Shown one piece after another: positions 23,021-35,560 of a stretch of 47,142 nucleotides of DNA. Below the pieces are notes generated by a model. It had not been told where the DNA came from. It was given only the letters and a program-made list of their open reading frames with translations, and ran no database searches. Position numbers and translations under genes: made by a program. The stretch is from Octopus bimaculoides (taxonomy: Eukaryota). How positions within the stretch are numbered: the first letter of the stretch is position 1; every line of letters starts with the position of its first letter. The DNA lies in assembly GCF_001194135.2 (NCBI RefSeq), contig NC_068988.1:71301043-71348184 (forward strand), given 5' to 3'.

Positions 23021-25293
23021 TGTGTGTGTGTATCTTTAACAAGAACACAAATGGGGTTTAAAATTTGAAATTTACTACAGCTGTTTCTGTGGCATTTAAT
23101 TGATTTAAAATAGCATTTTACTGATTTAAAATTTACTACAGCTGTTTCTGTACCGCGTTCTGGTAAAATTTTATATTTGTATAAACAGACAAGATACAAC
23201 CTTGAAGATGACCTCTTCAACGAGAAGCACAATNNNNNNNNNNNNNNNNNNNNNNNNNNNNNNNNNNNNNNNNNNNNNNNNNNNNNNNNNNNNNNNNNNN
23301 NNNNNNNNNNNNNNNNNNNNNNNNNNNNNNNNNNNNNNNNNNNNNNNNNNNNNNNNNNNNNNNNNNNNNNNNNNNNNNNNNNNNNNNNNNNNNNNNNNNN
23401 NNNNNNNNNNNNNNNNNNNNNNNNNNNNNNNNNNNNNNNNNNNNNNNNNNNNNNNNNNNNNNNNNNNNNNNNNNNNNNNNNNNNNNNNNNNNNNNNNNNN
23501 NNNNNNNNNNNNNNNNNNNNNNNNNNNNNNNNNNNNNNNNNNNNNNNNNNNNNNNNNNNNNNNNNNNNNNNNNNNNNNNNNNNNNNNNNNNNNNNNNNNN
23601 NNNNNNNNNNNNNNNNNNNNNNNNNNNNNNNNNNNNNNNNNNNNNNNNNNNNNNNNNNNNNNNNNNNNNNNNNNNNNNNNNNNNNNNNNNNNNNTATATA
23701 TATGTATATATATATATACATACACATACTTGCAGTACACTACTAACACATGACACCTAACGACTGTTTTTCTTTACTGTGATCACAATATGATGGTACC
23801 TGATCGGCCCAGGTACATGCTAGTGCACCTACATGTTGATGCACCTAGATTCTAAGGAACCCTGTAACTAATCTATATATAAGTGCGTGGTTGGGTGTGT
23901 GTGTAGGTTTATGTTTGTGTTTATGTATCTAGAGTAAAATGCCTAGAGTGCAGACGTGTAGAGCGAGCTCATAGGATTCTAGTTTTCACACGCGTATCGA
24001 ACGGAGGAATTTTCAGTACAATTATAAAGAGAAAATTAGTCTTACAGTTGTTATTAGGGATATCCCTTCAATAGAGATAATGTGAGCGATTTAAATAAAG
24101 GGAGATAGTAGAGTTCAGTATAAGGAGTTATTTCGGAAAAGGACGGAAATAAGAAGTACAAAGTGAAATAAGAGAATAAAAGTAAAAATAAGAATATATG
24201 TAGGATGTTATTGTTGCAGTTCCATTATCCAAGAAAAGTGGCGTGTAGAAATGGTAGATTGCTTCTTGTCTGTGGAATGTAAATTCCGATAGGAATTCAT
24301 ATATTGTTATTAGAAATGGAAAGTGTGGAGACGTAGATTCCATGTGCTGTTTATTGAAAGGGGTCACTTGTGATGTGAATGAAATTTTAAAAACGTAGTG
24401 ATGGTATTCAGTAGACAGAGAGAAGAGAATAGATATGTATGGTCAAATGAGAAGAATGGTCAATGACATCGTCTTTGATGAAGGGATATCCCTAATATCC
24501 CAGAAACAGCAGTAAGACTAAATTTCTCTTCATAAATTTCTTGAAAATTTCACTCATCCTTGGCTTTGGTGTCTCATTTTATTTAGCACATATATATATA
24601 TATATATACANNNNNNNNNNNNNNNNNNNNNNNNNNNNNNNNNNNNNNNNNNNNNNNNNNNNNNNNNNNNNNNNNNNNNNNNNNNNNNNNNNNNNNNNNN
24701 NNNNNNNNNNNNNNNNNNNNNNNNNNNNNNNNNNNNNNNNNNNNNNNNNNNNNNNNNNNNNNNNNNNNNNNNNNNNNNNNNNNNNNNNNNNNNNNNNNNN
24801 NNNNNNNNNNNNNNNNNNNNNNNNNNNNNNNNNNNNNNNNNNNNNNNNNNNNNNNNNNNNNNNNNNNNNNNNNNNNNNNNNNNNNNNNNNNNNNNNNNNN
24901 NNNNNNNNNNNNNNNNNNNNNNNNNNNNNNNNNNNNNNNNNNNNNNNNNNNNNNNNNNNNNNNNNNNNNNNNNNNNNNNNNNNNNNNNNNNNNNNNNNNN
25001 NNNNNNNNNNNNNNNNNNNNNNNNNNNNNNNNNNNNNNNNNNNNNNNNNNNNNNNNNNNNNNNNNNNNNNNNNNNNNNNNNNNNNNNNNNNNNNNNNNNN
25101 NNNNNNNNNNNNNNNNNNNNNNNNNNNNNNNNNNNNNNNNNNNNNNNNNNNNNNNNNNNNNNNNNNNNNNNNNNNNNNNNNNNNNNNNNNNNNNNNNNNT
25201 ATATATATGTATGTATATATATGCAACAGATTAAACGACTTTAATTATTGTAAAATTACTACTTGAAATATTAAGCAATTGATTTATAGTTAC

Positions 25294-25342
25294 CTTTTGA
25301 CTCGTAGTATTATGTAAATTATCATAAGTATCAATGGAAGCC
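25294..25342 (-). CDS. Class B1 GPCR, short TM4 exon
   Basis: Acceptor ttttttcttatttacag|GG and donor AAAAG|gtaact. 49 nt, phase 1 to 2. (G)LPLILMIIYIILRVK(S) gives the W-G-x-P motif across the splice junction, and the phases fit both neighbouring exons. Confidence 0.9.
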
Positions 25343-25404
25343 CTGTAAATAAGAAAAAAATATTCATATATAATCGAGAGAAACATTGTTCAAGATGATT
25401 ATGG

Positions 25405-25405
<1 letters not shown>

Positions 25406-25477
<72 letters not shown>
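25406..25477. repeat. Perfect 72-bp palindromic microsatellite (ACT)12(AGT)12
   Basis: Counted directly: 36 nt plus 36 nt with no spacer. Confidence 0.95.
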
Positions 25478-25478
<1 letters not shown>

Positions 25479-25569
25479 CTAATACTACTACCACCATAGC
25501 AGCTGCTGCCCCTACAATTTCTACTGTCGCTGTAGTCTCTAATGCTGCTAAAAATATTTTTGTTTCAAA

Positions 25570-25730
25570 TATTGGGACAGGGCCAACAATTTTAGGGAGT
25601 GGTGTTTTCCGACTGCATCAACATCACTAGACAGGTAATTTATTTTATCAACTCACACAACTTAGTCAAATTTGGCCTTGTGGGACTTGAATCAGAATGT
25701 AGAGAGCCGGAGCTAATATCATTTCATTAC
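25570..25730 (-). mobile_element. SINE fragment, degraded
   Basis: Tail and B-box similarity to 20030-20222. Confidence 0.45.
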
Positions 25731-25899
25731 TGACCACAAAGTGTTTACATTATGAAAAAAGTTATGACCAGCATAGGACAAAACATTGATTGTGCGTGTA
25801 TGTGTTTGTGTATGTGTGTGCGTGTGTATGTGTGTGTGTATGTGTGTGTGTGCATGTGAGTCTCGTGAGGGTTTTGCGTGTAAACAGGTTTAACGAAGA

Positions 25900-28800
25900 A
25901 TAAAAACAATAACATTTTTACAATGTATAAATCTCAACAGAGAGAAGCCGTTTGAGGGGTGCTCATAGGAAACCCCATTAAGCCACGGGTGCCCTAATTT
26001 CTGGAGCAGTTCCTTATCTCAGATTCTCGCCACTCACATCCATCTTTCAACAATCCACCCATATTTTTTGAAAATGTTGATAAGGGATTGGCCGAGGAGG
26101 AAAGTATATGTGCTCAGCCTCTTCAATCTCGCCATCCATGCAACTTCTTTCGCCATGGCCATCAAGAATATAAAAAAAACTGCTTGCCCCGCCCGATTCA
26201 GAGAAAGTGGTTGACCAATCTTTACGATGTATTCAGTTGGAAGCCGGATCTCTCCCACACATAACAGCAGGTGTCTGACATAAACCCACATGTCAACAAT
26301 GCTCGGGCACAGAACGAGTGCATGGAGGATGGTTTCGTCGTCCTACATACCTTTCAGACATGCTCAGATGACGGCACTTCTACACCTGCAGAGTTTATTT
26401 CGAGCAGGCACAGCTCCCAGATAGCATTTGCCAGGCTAAGAATTTCTGAAAATTTTCGCGGGCTGAAAATTCTTCGGAAAAGAGCGTCAGTTGATCGTCT
26501 TCAACGCCCAAGATCTCCCCAAGAATGTCATTGCACTTTCCCTCCACTCATCCTCTATAGAACGCTAATGTGAATTTTCTACCTATCGCAGTATCCTGCT
26601 GGCAGAGGGCTGTGAGCGCTTGAAGACATCCTACTTTCCAAATGCTTTCTCTCGGTCTCTTTTCACCTGTTCACCTGTCGTAGCCTCAGCACATATTTGC
26701 GCACGGTATACGCAGTCCACCACGCAGCGGGTGTTGACAGCAGATAGACCGCCTGACTGTTGGAACGCATACCTTTTTCAAGACGTGAAAGGGTATACGC
26801 ACCAATGCAATCAGACGGGGATCGGGATAAAGCACGACGGTCAGAGGCCAGTAGATGACAGATGCACAGTATGTCTTAGCCACCTTTCCCCGACCTTTTA
26901 CGGATAGCTTCCTCTCAGCCCATTCCTGGATGCGAGTATTCACCTTATTCGTTACCCCGTCCACTTTTTGTCCATTTGGCGGTCCAGACCGAATCACACC
27001 CCCAGGTGCCAATCTGCAAGCCCACTGACTCTTCCTGGCACCGATTATATGAGTTTCGTACTTTTCGCCACCAAGAAGTGCTGTTGAAAAGCTGCATACA
27101 TTTGTTCGTGGTCAGGTAAATATCAGATTTCCGCTTTACTGTCACGCCGTGCCTCTGCCACTCGGGCCCATTGAACGGCTTTCGTCCATTTATGTCTAAG
27201 AACACGCACGTTAATTCTGATAACGCAGCCTTTGTGCTTCGTGCTGATGAATTGGTCGTGTACCAATCTCAATGCCAGCACGTCGGTCGCAATTCTTTTT
27301 TTAAATCCCGATTAGCTCTGCCTCAACTCTATATCTTTCTGCTGCTAGTCTTTTGTGAATCTTGTCGATTCTGTCTTAATCGCCCTTTCCTGGGCGAACA
27401 ATCATTTATTGTTGAAGATTGCCCCTGTCGATGCCCGCTTAACTAAATTTCTAATTCAAATATGGTCTCTGAAAGCTTTGCGCAAAGGAAGGATGCGTTC
27501 AGCATCCATTACCTTGATCCCCGTCTATGGAGCCGATCTAAGTTGACTGTACAGATCACTACTTTAAATTTGAGATAACCTATGCTATCCTTATCTGCTT
27601 CCCTAGAGAATACCATGTCTATCTAAATACTATCTGAATGACCCGATGCAATTTGACCAGGTCCTCAGTAGCACATCAAGGAAATACAGTGGCCACCTTC
27701 CAAACTATTGGAATAGTCTTGGTGAATCTGCAAGGCTTTTGCTAAGCCCATGCAGCGTGCATCTCAGATCCCGTTCCAATTTCCCACTAACGCTAAAGAG
27801 CGGGAAAAGCTTCCAGACCCCTGAAGAAATCTGATCGTCCTGCCCCTGTCTATGCATGGACGGCAAGTAACCTGAAGCATCGATGTTCAGTGAGCTGGGG
27901 TCGTTGAGCAGGTCACTCTGCTTGCAGGGTGACCCTAGTCCTCACGCATTCACACTGGGTATTCTGGGAAAAGCCACCTTACTAGTATATAGAAGTAAGT
28001 TGAGAAGGAGAACCAACTTGACTTTGTGTGGAGGGCACTTTGTCGGTCTCTCCGGTTTGATTGGGATGTTTCTACCAAGAAATCATGAAGTATTCACTTG
28101 GTGATGTTCCCTCGAAAGCCATCGATTTCCTTTGAAAATTTAGTTTTTAGGTGTGTGCTTGTGTCTTGTGCTATTCGAATGATTTGTATGTATGTATGTA
28201 GGTCTGTGTATTGTGGGTGTTATAAAATCTGTTTCTGTTATGTTAGTGTGCGTTTTTATGTAATTCATGAAATCTGCGTTTATCATGTTTATTGCCAGTT
28301 TGTAATGCTACTTTTTCTTTACTTTGTGTTCCTTTTGTTGCTATTTTTGTGTATGTGGGATTGGTCGTGTTTGTGGTTTTGGTGGTTGTGCTTGTGTTTG
28401 AAGTGTGATCATGTAGTGTTTGTTTCCTGTGTTTTTGCCTTGCAGCCTTTATTTATTCACTTTCTGCCTGGATGAAGTTTGTTCGTTTTGTCTGTTGTTG
28501 ATTTGTTATTCTTTTTGTCTTTTCTCTGTCTTTTAGTTTTTGTCTTCTACTCCTTGTCCTGATCAAACTTGCCGCAAAACAGGTTTGACCGCTCGGAATC
28601 GAGAAGTGGCATGTCTTGTACTGGAGCTGAGCAGTGACTGGGATAATCTGTTGTTGGTGTTGCAGAGGTTGCTGTTGTTAGAAATTTTGCTGTTTCTGTG
28701 GATGTTGCAACTCGTGTTGTTGTTGCTTTTTGGGCTTTGGTGGCTGTTGTTGGTGGATTCCTTGGTGTTGGGAGAAGAGAGGGTCTTCAATTTAGGATTG

Positions 28801-29520
28801 AAGGCTCTTAGATGAGTGGTCGAAAGACAGATGTAACACTTGGCCTTCCTTCCATTCTAACGGGTATGAGAATGCCACCCGGCAGATGTATTTGGTCTGG
28901 GATGAAACCCATATTTACCTGACTGATTTCGATGAGGATTTCTCTTCCCTTCCCCAGTCAGTTCTCATTTTTGGTCTGTGAGACATCGAGGATTAGCCTA
29001 TCTCGCTCGACTAATTGCTTGGCGTTTAAGATTTCTTTCCCAGAGAAGTTTACCATTTGGTAGCACTAGCGAAAAAGCGATTGGTTTTGTAATTGTCATT
29101 GTACTGGCTTCTTTGTCTGTTTTTTATCTTTGCTACATTAGTTGTTGTTATTGTTGTTGCTGCTGCTGCTGTTTCTTTCTGTGATGAACATAGTCTTCGA
29201 TGTGTTGATATTGTCTGTCAAATCACACATGAAACAATTTGAACTGTTTACACTTTGTTCATCGTTGTTTGCTTCTACATTTTTCTCGTCTGTTCGACTT
29301 GAAACTGGGTGTTATTGTTGTTGACAGAAAGGGTTATCTAGAGTTCTTTCTTAAATTATTCCGCCTTGTCAACAATTTCAAATTTATTTGTGTTAAAAAC
29401 AGACTCATCGTTCGTTTTTTCCTAAGTGAACTACATAGTACATTGCTCTCGTTCCCTCTTTCATTACGATCTGCTGACACTCCTCACTCTCTCTTCCTCT
29501 CTCACATACGAAGGGGAACA
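25900..29520 (-). mobile_element. Tx1/L1-clade LINE, decayed (ORF1 knuckle, APE remnant, C-terminal region; RT core missing)
   Basis: ORF1 GRP/KCYICLSTTHLR knuckle; APE start RIPSVNA*GLGS..KQSDLLND; later W.ERKLSVKGR..VRRSICCQHPLRGGL and C...DETILHALVLC. Frames are homologous to the 16.4-18.4 kb copy. Confidence 0.8.
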
Positions 29521-29762
29521 CAAGGCTAAACGCGTCCAGAGAAGTTTTCTCCATAGATGTAAAGACAACGATAACTTTTACGATGACAATAAATTTTAAT
29601 CGTGATGTTCCCCAATATTGGACGATAACAGACAAAAAGAAACTGACCACTCGACAGCAATCAACTTGCTGTCCACGATAATACAAATTCCACATGTGTA
29701 CAACAAAGCTACCAGTGGTTTTGTTTGTCAAATCTACAGATCGAGGTCAAGCGTGGCTTTTC

Positions 29763-29821
<59 letters not shown>

Positions 29822-29840
29822 TGCAGTACCAGGCAGTGGC

Positions 29841-29899
<59 letters not shown>
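29763..29899. repeat. Inverted microsatellite pair (AAT)19 - 21 bp - (TTA)19
   Basis: Counted directly from the sequence. Confidence 0.93.
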
Positions 29900-29900
<1 letters not shown>

Positions 29901-29949
29901 AACATACTTTCCACTCCAATTATAAAGAAAAGAGAGGATGAATCCAATG

Positions 29950-30443
29950 AACTGTCCACAGTCTGTCTACCCTATGTGAAAGGCCTCTCCGAAAAGATAC
30001 AAAAGATATGCAGCCCATGTGACATCAGGACAGTATTCAAGAGTAATATAACACTTCGCAAATATCTCCTTCGAGTAAAGCCACCAATAAAAGAGAATAT
30101 CACCAAGAACTGCATGTACTCCACCCCGTGTAGCTTTGGTAGGTTATGCAAAGGCGAAATATGCCGCCCCCTCAGGATAGGGATGGAGGAACATCGCAAA
30201 GCTGTGACACGAGAAGATATTGATAAATCGGGTATAGCTGATCATGTATGAAAGAATGGAGGCCATCTCCCCCTGTGGGATGACGTTAAAATAATAGACA
30301 GAGAACACTACTAGAAAATACGAATACTGAAAGAAGCAACACATATGCTAGAGCACAACAACCTCTTAAGCAGACCGAATACAGATATGAATAGTGTATA
30401 GGAACATATATTATGGAAGGATAGGAAAATATTAGAAAAATAA
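29950..30443 (+). mobile_element. Penelope-like element GIY-YIG endonuclease fragment
   Basis: LPYVKGLSEKIQKIC...NCMYSTPCSFGRLCKGEICRPLRIGMEEHRK...KSGIADHV*...WDDVKIIDREH..KIRILKEA, the PLE GIY-YIG layout with premature stops. Confidence 0.88.
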
Positions 30444-31303
30444 CAACGCTCATTGTTAAGAGACTATACACACACTTTATCATTTTACAGTATACTTACA
30501 TATATACATAATTCTATACATCAATCTAAAACAACAGGNNNNNNNNNNNNNNNNNNNNNNNNNNNNNNNNNNNNNNNNNNNNNNNNNNNNNNNNNNNNNN
30601 NNNNNNNNNNNNNNNNNNNNNNNNNNNNNNNNNNNNNNNNNNNNNNNNNNNNNNNNNNNNNNNNNNNNNNNNNNNNNNNNNNNNNNNNNNNNNNNNNNNN
30701 NNNNNNNNNNNNNNNNNNNNNNNNNNNNNNNNNNNNNNNNNNNNNNNNNNNNNNNNNNNNNNNNNNNNNNNNNNNNNNNNNNNNNNNNNNNNNNNNNNNN
30801 NNNNNNNNNNNNNNNNNNNNNNNNNNNNNNNNNNNNNNNNNNNNNNNNNNNNNNNNNNNNNNNNNNNNNNNNNNNNNNNNNNNNNNNNNNNNNNNNNNNN
30901 NNNNNNNNNNNNNNNNNNNNNNNNNNNNNNNNNNNNNNNNNNNNNNNNNNNNNNNNNNNNNNNNNNNNNNNNNNNNNNNNNNNNNNNNNNNNNNNNNNNN
31001 NNNNNNNNNNNNNNNNNNNNNNNNNNNNNNNNNNNNNNNNNNNNNNNNNNNNNNNNNNNNNNNNNNNNNNNNNNNNNNNNNNNNNNNNNNNNNNNNNNNN
31101 NNNNNNNNNNNNNNNNNNNNNNNNNNNNNNNNNNNNNNNNNNNNNNNNNNNNNNNNNNNNNNNNNNNNNNNNNNNNNNNNNNNNNNNNNNNNNNNNNNNN
31201 NNNNNNNNNNNNNNNNNNNNNNNNNNNNNNNNNNNNNNNNNNNNNNNNNNNNNNNNNNNNNNNNNNNNNNNNNNNNNNNNNNNNNNNNNNNNNNNNNNNN
31301 NNN

Positions 31304-32975
31304 TCTGGCGTGTGCCTATACCATCTTTTTTCTGTTGTTATTCCATAGTGTTGGCATAGCTTCCAGTGTATGTAGGTCCCAACTCTGTCGTGTCTGTGGA
31401 TATATTCCTTCTTAACCAGGACTGGGCAGCCAGAGATAATATGATTTATTGTTTCTTGTCCATCTCCACATATTCTACAGTTACTTGTTATGTTTTTTTT
31501 CATTATGTGTTTTTGGTAATTTCTGGTGGGGAGGCTTTGGTCTTGTGCAGCAATTAAACATCTTTCAGTCTCTGCTTTGAGTCCTGAGCTTCTCAATCAT
31601 TGCTGGGATTTTTCTCTGTCTATTTCTTTTGCATTTAGTTTAGCCCAGTATTTACCATGTAGGGGCATTTCTCGCCATCGTCTTATCGTGGTTCGTTGCT
31701 GTTCTAGTTTTAGTTTGGATTTCATTTGTTTTATAGCTTTTGTTGTTTCTTCTTCTTCTTCATATTTGTTAGGTAGTATGACTTCTTGTTTATATTTGTC
31801 AGCTTCTTTAAATACTGAAAACTGTTTTTTGTTTTGCTCATGTTTTGTGTCTATTTGTATTAGTTTTCCTTGTTTCTGAAGTAGGTATTTTTGCAGTCTC
31901 ATGGTGGTTGTTTCATAATAGTTTTCCAGCTCTATAAGGCCTCTACCACCTTCTATACGTTGTATATATAACCTTTCTGTGTCAGATTTTGGATGGTGCA
32001 TCCTAGATCCTGTCATTATTCTCCTTTTTTTCTGTCTATTTTAGTTAGTTCATTTAGAGTCCAGTTAAGAATATTGTAGCTGTAACTTATAACTGGGACG
32101 GCTAAAGTGTTAATACCTATTATTTTGTTTTTAGCATTGAGCTCTGTTTTCAGTATTAATCTAACTCGCCTTTAGTATTATTTCTTTATTTTCTCTTTCA
32201 TTTGTGTGTGTTGTATTGTATCTAGTTCATTGATTCCTAAATATTTGTATGTCTGGCTTTGGTATAATTCTCTTATTTCATTGGCTTTATCTAGTGNNNN
32301 NNNNNNCTAAATATTTGTATGTCTGGCTTTGGTATAATTCTCTTATTTCATTGGCTTTATCTAGTGTGATGTTGCTACTCTTAACTAGTTTTCCTCTTTT
32401 CAGGGTTGCTTTGGCACGTTTTTCTAATCCAAATTTCAAATCTATTTCTTTGGTAAATCCATGTACTGTCTGTAGTAGTGTTTCCAGCTGTTTATCCTTT
32501 GTAGCGTATAGTATATAAGTGGTGCTGATTGTTTTGCCATAACATTTATATCTGCATCCAGTTTTATTTAGCAATTCAGATAAAGGTGTCAGTGCCAAGC
32601 AGAACAGGAGTGGAGAGCGCGTGTCTCCCTGGAATATTCCTCTTCTAATTGGGATGGCTTTGGTTTTCACGAGTCCCTCTTTTGTTTGGAGCTGTAGTAC
32701 TGTCTCCCATTTATTCATAGAGCGTTTTATGTATTTTATAATTATTGGATTCTACCTTGTTCATGGCTAGTGTTTCGAGGATCCACGTGTGGGGAATACA
32801 ATCAAAAGCCTTTCGGTAGTCGATCCAGGCCACACTGAGGCCTTTCTTCTTTCTGCGGCTGTTTTCAGTTATGACTTTATTGATCATTAGTTGATCTTTA
32901 CAGCCGTATGAGCCCTTCCAGCATCCCTTCTACTCTTCTGGAAACAGGTTGTTTTCTTCCAGATGCTTGCTCAGT
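31304..32975 (-). mobile_element. R4/Dong-type element, RT to CCHC region; catalytic YMDD segment deleted
   Basis: AWIDYRKAFDCIPHTW, RRGIFQGDTRSPLLF, YKYL, LHPKSDTERLYIQRIEGGRGL, CRICGDGQETINHIISGC and HRHDRV. The expected HLLYMDDLKL reads TTYILY. The 3' end is lost in a gap and the 5' end abuts (AAT)n. Confidence 0.92.
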
Positions 32976-32984
32976 CACTACGAT

Positions 32985-33019
32985 ATTATTATTATTATTA
33001 TCATTATTATTTGTAAGAA

Positions 33020-33085
<66 letters not shown>
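32985..33085. repeat. (ATT)n microsatellite at the 5' junction of a Dong-type element
   Basis: Direct reading. Confidence 0.9.
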
Positions 33086-33367
33086 GTTCTTTATTGTAAT
33101 GATGATATTGAGGGATTATAGATAACGGACAAAAAACGCAGCAACACTGAATGAAAAAGAAATGTTAAAAACTATCAACAGCAAATGTCGTTGGGAAAAT
33201 CTCTTAGAAAATATATAATTTATGTTTTGTCTTGTGAAAGCTTTATAAATATCTCATATTTCATTTTGCTTATCTTTCTTGCAGGACTATACAACTCACG
33301 TCCGTTGACAATTATGGTTCACTTGTGCATACATACATACATACATACATGCATGCATGCATGCATG

Positions 33368-33404
<37 letters not shown>

Positions 33405-35354
33405 NNNNNNNNNNAACACATACATACATATTTAAATATACATATATACATACATACACCCATGCATACGTATATTCGTGCGTGTGCGTACGCGTATGAT
33501 TGCATGTGTGTGTGTGTGTGTGTTTATCCTTTTGTGTATGTATGTGTGTGTGTAGCTCGCAAGCATTATTTATGTTAAACACCACACTATGCATACCTGT
33601 TTGACTGTGCAAATTATTCGAACATCTTTTGATGCGATGAGTAACTATGAAGGTCAGAGGACATATTTGAGGTGAATCCTTATTAAAAAATCCAGTTAAT
33701 GAATGGCTTTGTGTCGTTGACGAAGAGAGGGGGATTTAGGAGTATTTACTCGGGCTCAAATGAAAGCATTGATTATTTATATTTAGGGGTTACGCATTTG
33801 TCAAATTTTATAGTTGTCATTTAGATAGAAACTACATTGAAGTCTCTCAGTTGCTAAGTTTTATTTGCTATCGAGTATTTAACTAGAATAATTGAGGTAA
33901 ATAATAAAATAAACCCTTGAATTTTCTGAAGGAGAATACATTAAATTTAAGTTGGTGTTATTGTTTCGTTTCAGATAAAGTCTGACCGAGGAGAGCAATA
34001 AGCAAAGACATTGATTTTGTAATCACTCCGTCGTTTATTAAGATAAACGTATCTAGAACTACATTAACCAGAAAGGTGTAATATTTATGAATATTTGGTT
34101 CTGTCTGAAGTAAATTAAGCCACTGCATTTTTATTTTCTCACCAGTTTCATTAAGTCATTACACAGTTTGCTTGTAAAGTCAAAGCGTCTATAAACAAGT
34201 CGGAAACCATGAGAGATTGAGTGAAATATCTACTAAACATATTTTTGAAATTGAGATTATAATAACTGTGATTGTAAGATCTGTAATCTGGAAGCGGGAA
34301 GCTGGATGTAAATAGATGTCAAAAGAACTTGAAAATGCGTACTTAACTTACAAGTAAGGGACTTAAACGTTGCTAGATATTGATGATTCCTTTCAAAAAT
34401 AAAGGAATGGTGTAAGGATAATATTTAAGAGATTTGGTAGGGAAAGAGCGTATTGGAATATATAATTACCAATAGGTTAAAACCAAGAGCATTTACACTA
34501 AATTTCATGTGTTTTAAATGTTTATAATATCATCCGTTGGCAGTGTAGCTTTTAATTATTTGGTTGCGATTTGATATTAATGCATAAACAGTGGAAAATA
34601 AGAGGAACTTGCAAATATCTGTGATGGCTCCACACAGACGTACCATTGTTTGAGTAATTTAATTAAATAGACTTGATATATGTTTACTATACTGGCATTG
34701 CCATATCAAATCATCAAGTGCCGAACTATTATAACAGTTATAATAACAGTACCACTTCAAACATCATCCCATAAATTATACATTATTAAAATGTAAACAA
34801 AGTGTATTTATAAATAAAATGGGAAATAGGCCCCACTTCAGTCTCTAGAATATGATCCTTGGTACAGAGGACAAATTGTAGCATTTTCAGATCCAAACGA
34901 AAGAATCTAGTTAATGGAATAAGCTGTATTATAATACTAGTACTTCTTTTAGCGGCATTGGATAAATGACAAAGAAAATAGACTTGATTGGTTGTTGAAC
35001 TTTCAAATCTATAATCTATAGCACGCGAACTAAATTAATATTTTCGAATTAGTTTCTTCAATTCATCAGGTATAATCGATTCTAACATAAATATTATGAT
35101 GGTTTCATGGTCAATATGCTCTATTGTTACCGTTTTCTTTTCCTAAATGTTTTATAATGAAAGCGATAACGATAATTAAATACGTCCATTAAATAGAAGA
35201 AATAAGTTATTTTACTTCCGATAATGCACGAAAATGTAGACCTCATTTTGAATCCCGAGTGTGATTCCATAGTTTCTAGGTTGAGGCGTTTAGCACGTCT
35301 GTGCAATTATTCATAATTAATACAAATAGTACTTCACTAAAGAATTTGATTGAG

Positions 35355-35436
35355 AGTATGTATGTATATATACATGCATACATACATACATATATATATG
35401 TATATATGCATATACATACACACACACACACACACG

Positions 35437-35515
<79 letters not shown>

Positions 35516-35560
35516 GTATGCATATATATGTTTATGTATCTATATATATGGTTATGTATA
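35355..35560. repeat. (TATG)/(CA)/(TA) compound microsatellite
   Basis: Direct reading. Similar CA/TA tracts occur at 22360-22430, 22935-23030, 33325-33550, 42330-42440, 43085-43550 and 44310-44430. Confidence 0.9.

Noticed and set aside
16400-29520. Inverted Tx1 pair driving circularisation or skipping of the TM4 exon
   Set aside because: The shared regions look only about 60-65% identical by eye, too low for stable long-range pairing.
32237-32366. 60-bp direct repeat flanking a 10-N gap
   Set aside because: An exact duplicate on both sides of a minimal gap inside a continuous RT frame indicates an unmerged contig overlap.
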